Assembly (NCBI RefSeq): GCF_964204645.1
Contig: NC_134034.1
Coordinates: forward strand, 8,568,962-8,632,961
DNA: 64,000 nt
Direction: 5' to 3'
DNA from: Tubulanus polymorphus
Lineage: Eukaryota; Animalia; Nemertea
Shown: piece after piece, positions 32,857 to 45,258 of the stretch
How the letters are laid out: each line of letters opens with the position of its first letter
How positions within the stretch are numbered: the first letter of the stretch is position 1
The notes under the pieces: generated by a model
Told to the model about the DNA's origin: nothing
Database searches by the model: none
The model's input: only the letters and a program-made list of their open reading frames with translations
Made by a program: the position numbers and the translations under genes

Positions 32857-33814
32857 TCTGTGTTGATTGATTTGAAATAACAGCATAAATCGAAAATCAT
32901 TAATGGATCACGGAGATACCGGTCATGGCCTGTGTATTAGTTGACATTGCTGATAAATTTTTTAGTGTTTTTATTGCTGTGTTTCTGGTCTTTGAGGTTC
33001 TTTTATGGATTTAAAGTATCCAGATAGTTCAACGGTTAGAGTTGGACTCAATAGAAAAGTGAATACAGATGTAGGCCTAGTTGTTACACAGTAAGTGCTA
33101 GTAATTTGATACACACATATTTTAAGAATATTAAGTCCCCTATAAGTTGTGGGGTATTATTATTCACCGGGGTCCATGTAATTAGAACATATTAAATGTT
33201 ACTTTTTTGACGCCTTATAAAACGTTACCATTATGAAACCTAAACAATGCTAACCATTCAGCGTCATTTTACAAACGACAACCGTAAATCGATGTGCAAA
33301 ACGTCACAGGTTTATGTGTACTCATACAAGCTATTTGGCAAAATATTATTGATAAAGATGTAGAATGGCTCCCTGTGATTATATAATGACCTCTATTTGA
33401 ACGTCGGAATGTTATATTGCATTGAATATCATGAGAAGACGTATTGTAATAGTAAAGGATGTATGATTATATCAGGAGCGGCAGGCATAAATAGAAATGA
33501 TAAGTAAATCGGATTATTCGGTTAAATGGCGGATGTATACACGATTTGGAAGTCTGATATAAAAGTCAGACCCTGTCATGGGGATGCTAGTGGAATGACG
33601 AAGCTATCTACGATCTGAGTAGGGCCGGCGTGGATTTCATCGGCGGCTACAAGCGGTCTATATAAAAACGTGTAAACATATAATTTCAATATTCAAATGT
33701 TTTAGAAAATATGTTCGATATTAGGGGTATGCAGGTTTCATGAGATTAGCAATTTATAATAGCATAGCTGTCATATACGGCTCCGCGTCCCCTGATGGCA
33801 TGTGTATAAGGTGA

Positions 33815-34430
33815 CAATTCAATTCAATACTTTATTGATCCTTATTACATTGAAATTCCGGGATAAAATTCCCAAATTCAATAAAGTTACAAATTTTAAA
33901 CTAAGAAAATACAAAATACAAGACACACGGGTAATTCATACTGAATAACATGTATAAGTTATTTAAATGACAATGTCTACTTCAACCCAGACTCAAGTCT
34001 AGGATATCGAGTGACAGCCAAACCGGGCCCCGGGACCGGGCCGGCTGGCTACACGATATGCTCGAAGTCATGATGAAGCAGACATCAGAAGAGCTCTTTC
34101 TTCAACCATGGAGGCAATGAAGTTGCAGACCAGCTTAGAGGCAAAAGTGAATCGAAGTCGGTCACAAGTTGACAATTTTTTTTTAAATTAGACCAGTCGA
34201 AGGTATCATCTACCAATCGCCAAATCTCATAATTCCCCAAATTTCTTATAACTTCGATTTCAAATTTGCAATTCCACATTAGCTTATCCCAGATATTCTA
34301 CATTTTTTCGCAGGCGTCAAATAATTTATTAAAGTTAATTTTCTTGTTATAAATGATGTGGTTTGACATTTATAATTCATTGAATAAATTGTAATATGAA
34401 CTTTGAAATCTCATATCAAACTGTGTTCAA
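33815..34430 (-). mobile_element. Probable 3' fragment of a LINE
   Basis: Minus-strand AATAAA followed by a short (TTGAA)n tail at 33815-33835; weak ORF2-end-like coding near 34250-34420. Confidence 0.35.
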
Positions 34431-35050
34431 TTTTTAGCTCCGCTGTGACCGAAGGTCGGCAGAGCTGGTGGGTAAGGGGGGGTCTCCGTCGTCGTCCGTC
34501 TGTCTGTCCGTCAACTTTTAAACATTTCAATTCTTGTCTCTCAGTTTTCATCCGATTTGGATGAAACTTGGTACCAATGATCTAAGAGCAATGGTCTACA
34601 TATCTATGGAGCCGTTTTTTTGAAAATTTGCATATATTATGCTAATTAAGGCGACCAACTTGAAAAAACTAAAATTGCTACTCCTGCCACAGTTTGCAGA
34701 TCTTGACAAAACTTGGTGTGTGAGTGATCTATATAATCACAGGGGCTCGTTACGATAGCTGGGGGTCCAAAATCAAAGATTTGACCCAGTATCCTAGGTA
34801 CCACCTATAAAAAAAGAAAAGGGAGCTAACATTTTGACATACAAGAATTGACCTTCTCATTTCAACCCCTCATAACTTCGTAACCGATCGACCGATTTAC
34901 ACGAAATTAGATTCGTTTCATTCCCAAGAGGTGACTTTTTCGTTTGAGACCTTCCCCGATGAAATCGGACCGGAGACGCCCGAGAAATCACGACTCAAAT
35001 CCGAAAAAAACGAGTCAAAATAGCCAATGTCATGGTCTCCATATGATGCC
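34430..35050 (+). mobile_element. Helentron/DINE-like non-autonomous element
   Basis: TTTTTAGCTC start, short hairpin, CCGT/CTGT microsatellite and CAGTTTTCATCCGATTTGGATGAAACTTGG core; the right boundary is approximate. Confidence 0.6.
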
Positions 35051-36354
35051 CAGCACAGGGAAAATCAACTTTTCACAGGGAAAACACAGGGAATTTGCAA
35101 GTGGGTGGTTTGTGGTCACCCTGTATAATAATCGATAAAGCAATTCAGCTTCACGTACTGACATATTTTTATAATTTTTTTTCCAGGCCTCAAGAAACGC
35201 CTAAAGGAGAATGCTGTGCCATCAGTTTTTGAATTTTCTTCAAATAAACGACCAGCCACTCCAACAAGCCGAGACGAAAGGACACAAAAAAGACGAAGAA
35301 TTTTTTTCCCGGATGTGACTGATATAGCTCAGGAAGTTGAAGTTTTCAGTGATGAATCGACACTTACAGTTGAGGAAAATATTGAAAATGTGAAGTCAGT
35401 CCAGTGTGCTCCTGATACTAGCGAGTTCTCTCAGCAGTATTCATTATTGTTGGATTCAGCCTGTAGAATGTCTGTTTTTAACTTTAAATGTAACCCAAGT
35501 GCTATTAAGTACTATACAGGATTCCAGCACTATGAACACTTTCAGCTCATGTTTAATATTTTGGGCCCTGCAGTTTTTGAATTAAATGTACGAAAAGGTA
35601 TTTTACCACCGGAAGATCAGCTTTTTCTTACATTAATGAAACTACGAACTGCAAAAGACGATGAGGAACTCTCCTACATGTTTAGAATTGGCCGGGTCTC
35701 TGTTGGATCTATCATCACTACTTGGATAAATTTCATTTATTTCCAGTTCAAAGATCTAAATATTTGGCCTGAAAAGGATGTTATCAATAGCTATATGCCA
35801 ATCAATATTGCCAAAGTCTTTGGTTCTACAAGGGTTATACTAGATGCAACAGAGACCCCTATAAAGAAACCCAGTAATGTAGCAGCACAAAATTCTAGTT
35901 TCGCTACCTACAAGAATAAAAACACATTAAAAACCATGGTTGGCTGTACACCTCGCGGTTTAGTATATAAGCGGTAGCTATGCTGGATCGGTTTCCGATC
36001 GCCAAATTATAGAGCGATCTGAACTAATAAACTCCTCTGCCTCATATTTCTGTAAAGGTGATTCTATAATGGCTGACAGGGGAATACGAGTGCAGGATAT
36101 TTTTGCTCCATTGGATGTCAAAGTTAACACACCCCATATGTTAAAAGGGAAGAGCCAACTAGAGCCAGAAGAAGTTATCTATGACAGGAGAATAGCCTCA
36201 AAACGAATTCACATCGAACGTGTCATTGGTTTAGCTAAAACCTATAAAATCCCACAGCAGCCACTCCATCCAAACAAAATTCAACTAGGCTCTAGAATAG
36301 TGTTTGTATGCTTTAATCTTATTAATTTCAGACTATGTATAGTTGGAAAATATG

Positions 36355-39300
36355 CTTAAAAAAACTCTGCAAGTTTTGGTTTCAGGTACATGTTATAAAA
36401 CAGTTCTAGCTTCGGTATCATTGAAATTTTACAGTATGTCTCATCGAGTTGAATTGCCTCTACAAATAAATCCTTGAATGTGTATACTATAAAGTAACAA
36501 GTTTTTCTTTTTGAAATATGCAGCTGCCCCTGTACTTGGTAGTACAGTTGTAGTAGTTATGGTTCCTCCTGAGTTGAATTTGACCATCTCTATCTTCCAG
36601 AGATTTGAATTCTTTCAGATTTGACATAATTTCCAAGTCTCTGTGTTTATACGGGCATTTTACTTCAACTGTTGAATCTGTTCCAATCAAGCCATCGGGA
36701 CTTGCTCCGAGGAAAGGGTGCTCAATTGAAACAAAAAGGCCACAGGATTTCACTCTCAGAGCGTATAGATCTTCGAACGTTTTTAGGGCCTTGGCTTCAT
36801 GTTGCTTGCCATGGGTAAATGCAAAGTTGTGCAATTCAACTGGATTGATTAAGCGTTCTGCAAGCTTCCACTTATTTTTTCTCACGGTGGCCTTGCAGAT
36901 CTCTCCAAAGTTTGATGCGGTTTATCTTGAGGACCGCTCTCTACGCTCTCTCCACATAGTTACATCACTTTGGCCTACTGTTTTCTGTTCTATCTTATTT
37001 GCACGAGAATCAGTAACCTGAAATACATAAAATTACTCAAATGAAAGGCAAATTGTTGTGTACCTTATTCATTGTATCAACCCAGTAGTAGGTGAATGGA
37101 CACTCAAAATAATCATGATCTCTGACTGCTGCTTTCATATCTGCTTTTGGAAAGATATATCTTATCTTCACTCGTTTTTGCAAAATAGTTGACAACCAAT
37201 TTTTTTACATGATCCTGATAGCTCGGCATTTGCCTGTATCTTAATGGCCGAGGGTCATTTAACTTGAGTTTTCTTTTTGTTGGGAACTGTTCAGATTTGA
37301 TTGGAGATCCTGAAAATAAATATGCAAACATAAGAAAATTGTTAATCATTTCTCAATCAGATTGCTTTCACATGATGAGAAATACAAGGTTTATTGTTTT
37401 ACATGGGTCAGAATTATTACATGTACATACCATCGTAGGCATATCTTGGTCTATGGAATCTCTGTAAAATTTCAGTACATGACCGTCCAACCAATAGAAT
37501 ACCATCTTCCGTAAATTTGTTGAGCATCATCAGTACTGCTGCGATATGCTTACAAGTGCCATGTGGCCCTTTTCCAGATGGACATTCAGAGTCAGTATTA
37601 ATAACATCACCTGTCGTCGAATTAAGCTTTATTCTATAGTTATACGTCACCTGGAAAAATTCATTTTTTTTTCTTTGAATGAACAAATTAATTTTTACTT
37701 GCATAAAACGATACCTCAGTTGTTTATTATGCGTAATCTAATGAGAAGGAATTAGTTGTAAAATTGAAGTTAAGATTTGGAAATGTCAAAATTCCATAGG
37801 AAATGGTACCTTTTTTCATAGCAGCTCCAACCATTCCAGTTAAAACCCTGGGAAGCCCAAACCATCTTATAGGTGTCAGAAAAATATTTGCAGCTAGTGA
37901 ATAATACATTAGCATGCCAGCTATCAGAATCAAGTGTTTTTTCCAGCATCCTCTGACCTTGACCTACTTTTCCAGACTGGGTCATATATGACCTAGTGGG
38001 CTACAATGGCATAAAATGTTTAAAAATATAAATCAAGCCAAAGTCTTAAATTAGATAAATCATCACTTTATTACAGCTAACTCATATTCAAACCGATTCC
38101 TGGGCATAACATCGGACACTTGGGGATAACGGATGTAGGTGTCCCAGTACATACGGATACTGTTCATTTGTACTAAGCCCATACGCATATAAATCCCAAG
38201 TAAAAGTTCGATTTCCTTCTCATTAGTGTTGATACATCTACCAGCTCCTATTTTCTGAGAGCTATACAAGTTTGTATTGTCTACAATCAATTTTATCATG
38301 TCCGAAGTGAAAAAGCGACGAAAATACTCGAACGGATTTTCAGTTACTCCTGTTGGATCCGTCGGTTCAATATTTGTCCCAGAAAAGTTCACAACAGGTA
38401 CAACAAAATTAGACTTTGACCAAATATACCGCCGATTTATACCCTGACCAACTCCAGCCATCTGAGCCAATGGAATGTCATCAGAATCAACGCCTTCACT
38501 TTCATTTTCATCACTTTCATTTTCATCGCCTGGAAATTCATCATCATCGCTTTGTAGTGAAGCAGCAGGTTGCATGTCTTCATCTTAGTAATCATCGGGG
38601 TCTGGGAATTCATCATCACTCTGTTCATCATCCCCAATATCACTGTCATCCGCTGTAACCGCATCAATTATTTGGTTCAGACTCATACATTTACGACGAC
38701 GTTCCATTGTCGATGACAATGGATGTCCATTGTCGATGACAATGGATGTCAGAATCTGAAAAATAAGATCAGTCATTTAATCATAAATGTTCTCTGATAA
38801 TGCTGAAATTCATTTAAGTTAGATGATTTATTGATACAAACCCTTGGGAGAAAATCGTGAATAAATCTATGAAAATTTTTATTTTCATATCACCATGACT
38901 AAGGTTGACATTTCATCCCAGTGGGTCACATATGACCCCACCAAAAAGCACCGGTTTGTTTGAACACACAGATGTGTAAATCAGAACTGTCACTGTTGCT
39001 AGACATTCTTTATAATTTATTTTTTCGAATTATCACTTGTAAATAAGCTTCACAATCTTGCTACCATTGGGTCATATGTGGAACATCGGGTTGTAGGTTC
39101 AGTAAAAATAGTAAAATGAATGGAAAATTAACATCTCAAGTTCCCAGGGGTACCCAAATGAGGTGAGTCACATGTGACCCACAGGGCTACCCAGGGTCAA
39201 AATCTCTTCGACTTGACAGAAGCTGCATGCTGTAACATGAGATGATTCCAACAACTTTTCTCCTTTTGACAGTGCTTTTATATCTTGAGCACTCTCTTGA

Positions 39301-40037
39301 TCTGTAGCTAAACGGTGCTTAAAGTAACCAGTTATCAGATCTGATGTCACCTTTGGTAGAATCAACTTATGGTCCATTACCAGCTGTCTAAATCCCTCAT
39401 TTGGCCAGTCTGGAATCTCGGGGGAGGTCAAATAATTGGTTCATTTTGAAAATCCTGGTTTCTGTCATATGATTCCAATCTGCAAGAAAATATGTAACAA
39501 TTAAACTCTAAATAAAGAATAGTTCAAAGATATATTTATAATTCATCAGTATCTTATTTTTACTTTGAACTTGGGGCCAATAAAGGCTAGTTTATACTTA
39601 ATATATTACATTGTTGGAAAAATGTCATGACTTGTAGGCCAACATATTGTTTTCAAAATGAAAAGATCTATAAAATTTTTTTCTGGTGTCCGATTTGAAA
39701 AAAAATCCTGCCTCTAATATCTTTTCATGGAATATCTTGAAGTCTAGGACGTGGAGCCATCTGCAGGAAAATATCTAAATCAAAAGGCGACCTAAATTTG
39801 TACTATAATAGCTCATTGAACTTCACTTGAGAAATACAATGAGCTATAGAAACCGGTTTAAAATGGGATATATTGTGTGCTTTATTGAATTTTTGTTCAA
39901 TGACTGAACAGGTATTGTAGTTCTATTTACCTATCTATTAGTTCGGTTTTTCGGCCCGTTGTTCTTGCTCCTCGTTTTGTAAGCTCCTCTTTCAAAAGTT
40001 TTACTGAGCATCTTGAGTACTTGTTTAGGTCAGCCAT
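36355..40037 (-). pseudogene. ISL2EU second gene: SAP + SWIM + YqaJ/lambda-exonuclease-like nuclease, multi-exon, disrupted by piggyBac
   Basis: Exon 1 MADLNKYSRCSVKLLKEELTKRGARTTGRKTELIDR (SAP) followed by GTAAAT; CPSGKGPHGTCKHIAAVL (SWIM); G.QHE, GASPDG and VEVKCPY (YqaJ). Confidence 0.82.
37846..39196 (-). mobile_element. Internally deleted piggyBac transposon
   Basis: TIR CCCTGGG[A/T]AGCCC with degenerate TTAA flanks; ORFs 38063-38776 give an acidic N-terminus plus PFEYFRRFF...IVDNTNLY...MYW...MPRNRFE. Confidence 0.85.
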
Positions 40038-40667
40038 GTTGGATTTCATATCCTCTTCCAAACACGCGCGCCATCTATCCGTGGTGAAATAACTGACATT
40101 CCCCATTGTTTTTTACTTGCATGCCATGCCATACTGTCTCCCATCCCTATTATTACACATCGATGTCTGTCATAGAAACAATGATATGATCACATATTCG
40201 ATGAGATCTACAAAATGTCCACATATAGCACGAAAGAGGACCTCCGCACTAAACTGAATTAATCAACAGCCAATTTGAACCCGCGCAGTCGCAATTACGT
40301 AAGCGAATTAGGGCCTAAATTATGAGGAATTAATAATCAACGGGTAAAAAAGTAAATAAGCGAATAAGCAAATGAATAGAGGTTTATTAATTCGAAAGCA
40401 ATAAGTAAAATCGGATGTATTGTAGCAATGTCAATATCGAAAAGCGTTGATCGTTACTTTATGAAAGAATTAATTTTCGAAGGCAAAAACCTTCTCCACT
40501 AACATGTTCAGAGCGTGTGCGCAAAAACTCGGCACTTGCTCGGTAACTATCAGTCATTGTTGGTATTTGCGTGTTTAACAAGTTAATAAGGTACCCAAGT
40601 CAGGCAGGATTCGTCGTTGTGACACGGAGCACTTCTATCAACTCTACTCAATAATCATCGATTAATC

Positions 40668-40700
40668 ATGTCTGGCCGAGGCAAGGGCGGTAAAGGAAAG
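40668..40700 (+). pseudogene. Histone H4 (or H2A) N-terminal fragment
   Basis: ATGTCTGGCCGAGGCAAGGGCGGTAAAGGA = MSGRGKGGKG, identical to the first 10 residues of H4; similarity ends where the LINE 5' region starts. Confidence 0.65.
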
Positions 40701-43700
40701 ATAGCCTAGTCGTGTCGCCAGTTGCGTTCGTCGCCCTTACTCGGCGCCCGACTCGTCTAACTCTCCAGGATTATAAATTATCGTGCTCAGAATCGGAGCG
40801 ACAGTTTATCTTGTGTTTTCTGCTGGATCTAATTACACCCGGATTTATCATTTCGGAGCCACATCGCTTCAAGCGCTTCTGGATCTAGCTGCATATGTTT
40901 TCCACGGGAAAAGGACAAACCAGCGTAAAACCCTTTTTTATACTCATCCACGCACTTGTTCCTGGAAAAATTAATTAAAAAGAATTTCATTAAACTAACA
41001 TTTTGTTATTATTACTTGTTGTATTAACCTTTTGTCTTCCTTTCTTATAGCCATTGCACAGACAATGACGATCCTCCTGAATAGATCGAGGACTTTGGGC
41101 ATCGAGAGCACGTATTCTCTCCAAGACTGGACACGAAAAAGATGTCATCAGCCTATTACATGCCCAAGATATACACTTGAGCGAGATCGCTCAAATATCC
41201 CGCTTGGGTAATCACATTTACGAAGTGTCCTTCTCAAACCCCGAAAATGTCACTTCTATCGTCAATGACAACGAAGACACTGACATCATTCATAAAGGTA
41301 TATCAGTGCGACTTAAACGCGCTGAAAATGTTACCACGGAATCTGACCAACTTACCTACCTCCATATCTACGGGACGCCTTACGAAATGTCAAGGGAGGA
41401 CATAGAGCTCCTCAATCAATATGGCTTCTTAGCTAAGTCGTACAAACGCGGAACATTACGAGAACACCCACATATATTCTTGGGAGTACGACACTTCGCC
41501 GGTATAATAAAACAACCAATCTTTCGGACGATGTACGTTAAGAAAACCCGGCTAACTATAAAATACGAAGGCCAAGAAATTCAGCCCCCCCCCCCCTCTG
41601 TTATAACAGAAACCGCGGACATATAGCTCGCGACTGCCTGGTAACAACCCCGAAAATGCGATAAACCTACAAACCGAGACCTTTTCGTACACAGACGTGG
41701 CTAAGATCCCACTACCAAATCCAACTCAAGACGAACTTGACCTACCCGAAGAACATAAAAGCCTAGCCCCTGAAAGACAAACTCAAGACACAAGTTTTCA
41801 ATCTATAGATAATAACGATATTTATTACCAGGAGCTAAAAAACCTACCCCTATACGAGGATGACGTCGCTATCAATACTCTGGAAGCCTTTGTGTCAGGC
41901 CCTACCCAGAAAACATCGACGTCTAGTGGAAAAAGACAACATGTGACGCCTAGTAGAAAAAGAGGAAAAACGAAGAGCACTATATAGATATAGTCTCCAC
42001 TATATAGATGTCAGACGAGACCAAACAACCCCCTCCATGTTTGCTCTCTAAATACGGAGGGCCTGTCGACCAAAATTACAAACATAGTCCACCAATTAAA
42101 ACACTACTCAAACACAATTAAGCTCCTCCAAGAAACTCACAATCTTAGCCTTAAACATTTTACATACCTAGAAAATAAACTCCGCATAATGATCTACAAC
42201 AACCCGGGTACAAAACAACAAGCAGGCGCCATAACTACGTTTCCAAATTATCTACTTGCACCCTACTATACAACCTTAGAAATTCTTATACCAGGCCGAC
42301 TCTCCACCCTTAAAATCAACGATAAAGATAATAGAACTCTACTACAAATCTATAACAAATATGCACCATCCGTATATGCAACCTTAACACTTCTTTGAAG
42401 ATCTCAATGAAAAAATAAATACAAATAACATCCCCATCATTGTAGCAGGCGATTTTAAAATGATTCTCCAACCCATAGATAGCAGCAAATATCAATTAGT
42501 TAAAAATACAAAATCAGTTCTCCAAGCCCTGACCCTTATCATATCAAACAACATCCTAACAGACGTTTTCAGATATAATCACCCAAATAAACAAGAATTC
42601 ACACGCACACCTAGAGGAAAATCCATCCATCGCCTAGCATCGACACGCCTCGACAGAATATATACTAACGATACACATATATTAAACTCATCGAACATAG
42701 AACACATACTTAGACCCTTCTCAACCACTGTGCCGTATTAATAACCATTCCCTTCCTGATCCCAATACCTACCGTTAAAACCCACACAGGCAAGAACCCA
42801 GACTTCTGGAAATATAACAACTCAATCCTAACCCACTTAAAATAAGAGAAAACATACAAGCCGAAATCGAACTATACATTAACCATAAGAAAACCTTAAA
42901 ACCTCCATAAGACTCGTGGGATGAATTAAAAACCAATTTCAAAAACATCATAATCAAAACCTCCAGCCAAATCAATATAGAGCATTTAAACCAGGAAAAA
43001 GAACTAAACGAACAACTTATAACCAACACACAGATCTATAATAACACCAAGTGTAAACAAACACTCATCGAAATCAATCAGCTAAAAGAACAAATTAACA
43101 AATTGCAACTATATAGGAATAAAGGTCACCAGATACTATCCGGAGCCAAAACTCTCTTAGAAAATGAAAATAGTCCTCTATACATCCGAAAACTCTTAGA
43201 CACTAACAATAAAAAAGCGCAAATTTATTCCCTCCGAGATAAAAACGACACACTACACAATAACCCAGAAAATATAAAAAAATCGCTGGAGAATTTTACC
43301 AGGAATTATACTCGAAATAAGATTTAAATGAAACCGACCAAGAAAATATCGTATCATACACAGACAAAAAACTGACCTTAGAAAAACTTATATCGATAGA
43401 GGAGACTTCCAATGCCCTCAAAGGAATGAGTAACAATAAATCACCAGGCCCCGATGGACTAACTAAAGAGTTTTACCTAACCTTTTGGAATTCAATCGGA
43501 CCCGAATTTACTGAATTGTTCAATAACATTCTTTTTTTAAATTCACTAACAAAGTCACAAAAAACCGCCCACATCAAACTTATTCCGAAAAAAGGCGACA
43601 CAACGCTAATTAAAAACTGGCGACCAATTTCGCTCCTAAATATCGATTATAAAATTCTAACAAAAGTTTTATCAAATAGATAAAAAAACAGTTCTATGTC

Positions 43701-45258
43701 ACCTAACACACCCTGGTCAGACTTGCGGCATACCTAACCGACAAATCTTTGACAATATATATCTAGCCCAAGACATTTTCAATTTTTATAGAACCAAAAA
43801 TACCGCCTACGCCATAATGTCAATAGACCAAGAAAAAGCTTTTGATCGATTAGACCATACCTTTTTGAAAAAAAGTAATCAAAAAACAAAATTTCGGCCC
43901 AAACTTCAGGAAATGGATAGATATTTCATATGAAAATCCAAATTCAAAAATTATTATTAATCACCAACTCACAGATCCAATAGAAATACAACGAGGCGTC
44001 ACACAAGGATGCTCACTATCTATGCAACTTTTTACACTATGTATTGAAATAATAGGCAATATGATCCGACAAAATATAAATATTAAAGGAATTAGTCACC
44101 CCGGAGGGAAATCATGTACCAAATTAACCCAGTATGCAGATTACGTTAATACCTATATTACATATCTGGATGGAATGAAATTAATTTTTAAAAATATATG
44201 ACGACTATGGCTTAGCCTCGGGATCAAAGATAAGCAGCGAAAAAACCGAAATCCTACTTACAAACCCCAATATTCAGAACCACAATCCAATAGAATATAT
44301 AAAACCATACATAAAAATTCTCGGACTACCGATAGGACAAATTACAAATAAAGAACTTTGGACATCCATTATAGAAAAAAATAGCTAATACATTCAAGAT
44401 CATGACCATTCGAAGCCTAAATTTCATTGAAAGAGCTAAACTAGCCAATACGTATATCCTCAGTAAATTATGGTAAATTGCTAAATTTCGGGAACCTCCA
44501 AAAGAATACATAGATCTAATTCAAAATAAACGTTTTACTTTTAACTGGAACGGCAAATTAGCCATCATATCAAGTGAAAACATGTACCAGAGTATCGATA
44601 ATGGCGGATGCAATGTAACCAACGTTGCAAAAAAATTAAAAACGCACCTCATACAGAAAATTTCTAGAATCCCAACATTAACGCAACAAAATATTAGGCC
44701 CCCCTTCGGCTCGGACCAACTCGAATCAAAAAACTAATACTCCACATTAAAACTACCCCGATACCCATTAACCTAGTAGTACCCCCTTACAATAAAAACA
44801 TTGCTACAATCCTCAACGAATTTGAAAAATCTAAAATTAAAATCTCTAACCCAGATACCAAAATGAGAGATATCTACAAACCTCTTGTCTTGAACACTAA
44901 CGCTATTACCAAAATTCAAAGTAGGATCCCTGTCCCAAATTGGAAAAAAGTCTGGAGTACAGCTTGGGGAAAATTCTTACTCAATACATATCAAGAACTT
45001 AACTTTCGAATAATTCACAACGCACTACCAGTTTCGAAAGCCAAATATCTATCTAAATGTCCCCACTGCAAACTCAAAGAAACTATGAAACACGTTTTTA
45101 TAGACTGTACATATACCAAAGAAACCCAAAATCACCTTAAAAAATATCTCCGAATTACCTCAAATTCCAAGATAGACTTGAACTATGAAATGGTATGCTA
45201 TAACCACCTGAACTATACTCTTAAGTCAAAAACATTACAGCATGTGGAAATATCTTAA
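40701..45258 (+). mobile_element. L1/Tx1-clade LINE copy B, near full length, degenerate (ORF1 41065-41987, ORF2 42008-~45258)
   Basis: Endonuclease LNTEGL, LQETH, AGDF, RLDRIY; RT KSPGPDGL..EFY, NWRPISLLN.DYKI, DQEKAFD, QGCSLS, QYAD; C-terminal CPHC...ET.KHVF.DC. Confidence 0.9.

Larger units (their letters stand above)
29633..35123 (+). mobile_element. hAT-family transposon inserted in the ISL2EU transposase intron
   Basis: TIR CAGG(G)TGACCAC at both ends; 8-bp TSD TACTATAA / TATAATAA (6 of 8); CAGGGAAAA subterminal repeats at both ends. Confidence 0.85.
29380..36359 (+). pseudogene. THAP-domain Harbinger/ISL2EU DDE transposase (exon 1 29380-29584, exon 2 from 35187)
   Basis: MPLYCAVPKC..FP...*..VCYKHF followed by GTGAGT donor; TTCCAG acceptor then ..ENAVPSVF; QLFLTLMKLR, ILDATE, MADRG, RIHIERVIG. 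One internal stop and one frameshift. Confidence 0.85.
29304..40104 (+). mobile_element. ISL2EU/Harbinger-like DNA transposon with two convergent genes, both ends present
   Basis: 15-bp TIR GGGGAATGTCAGTTA / TAACTGACATTCCCC with AT duplication; THAP-DDE transposase (+) and YqaJ-type nuclease (-). Confidence 0.9.
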
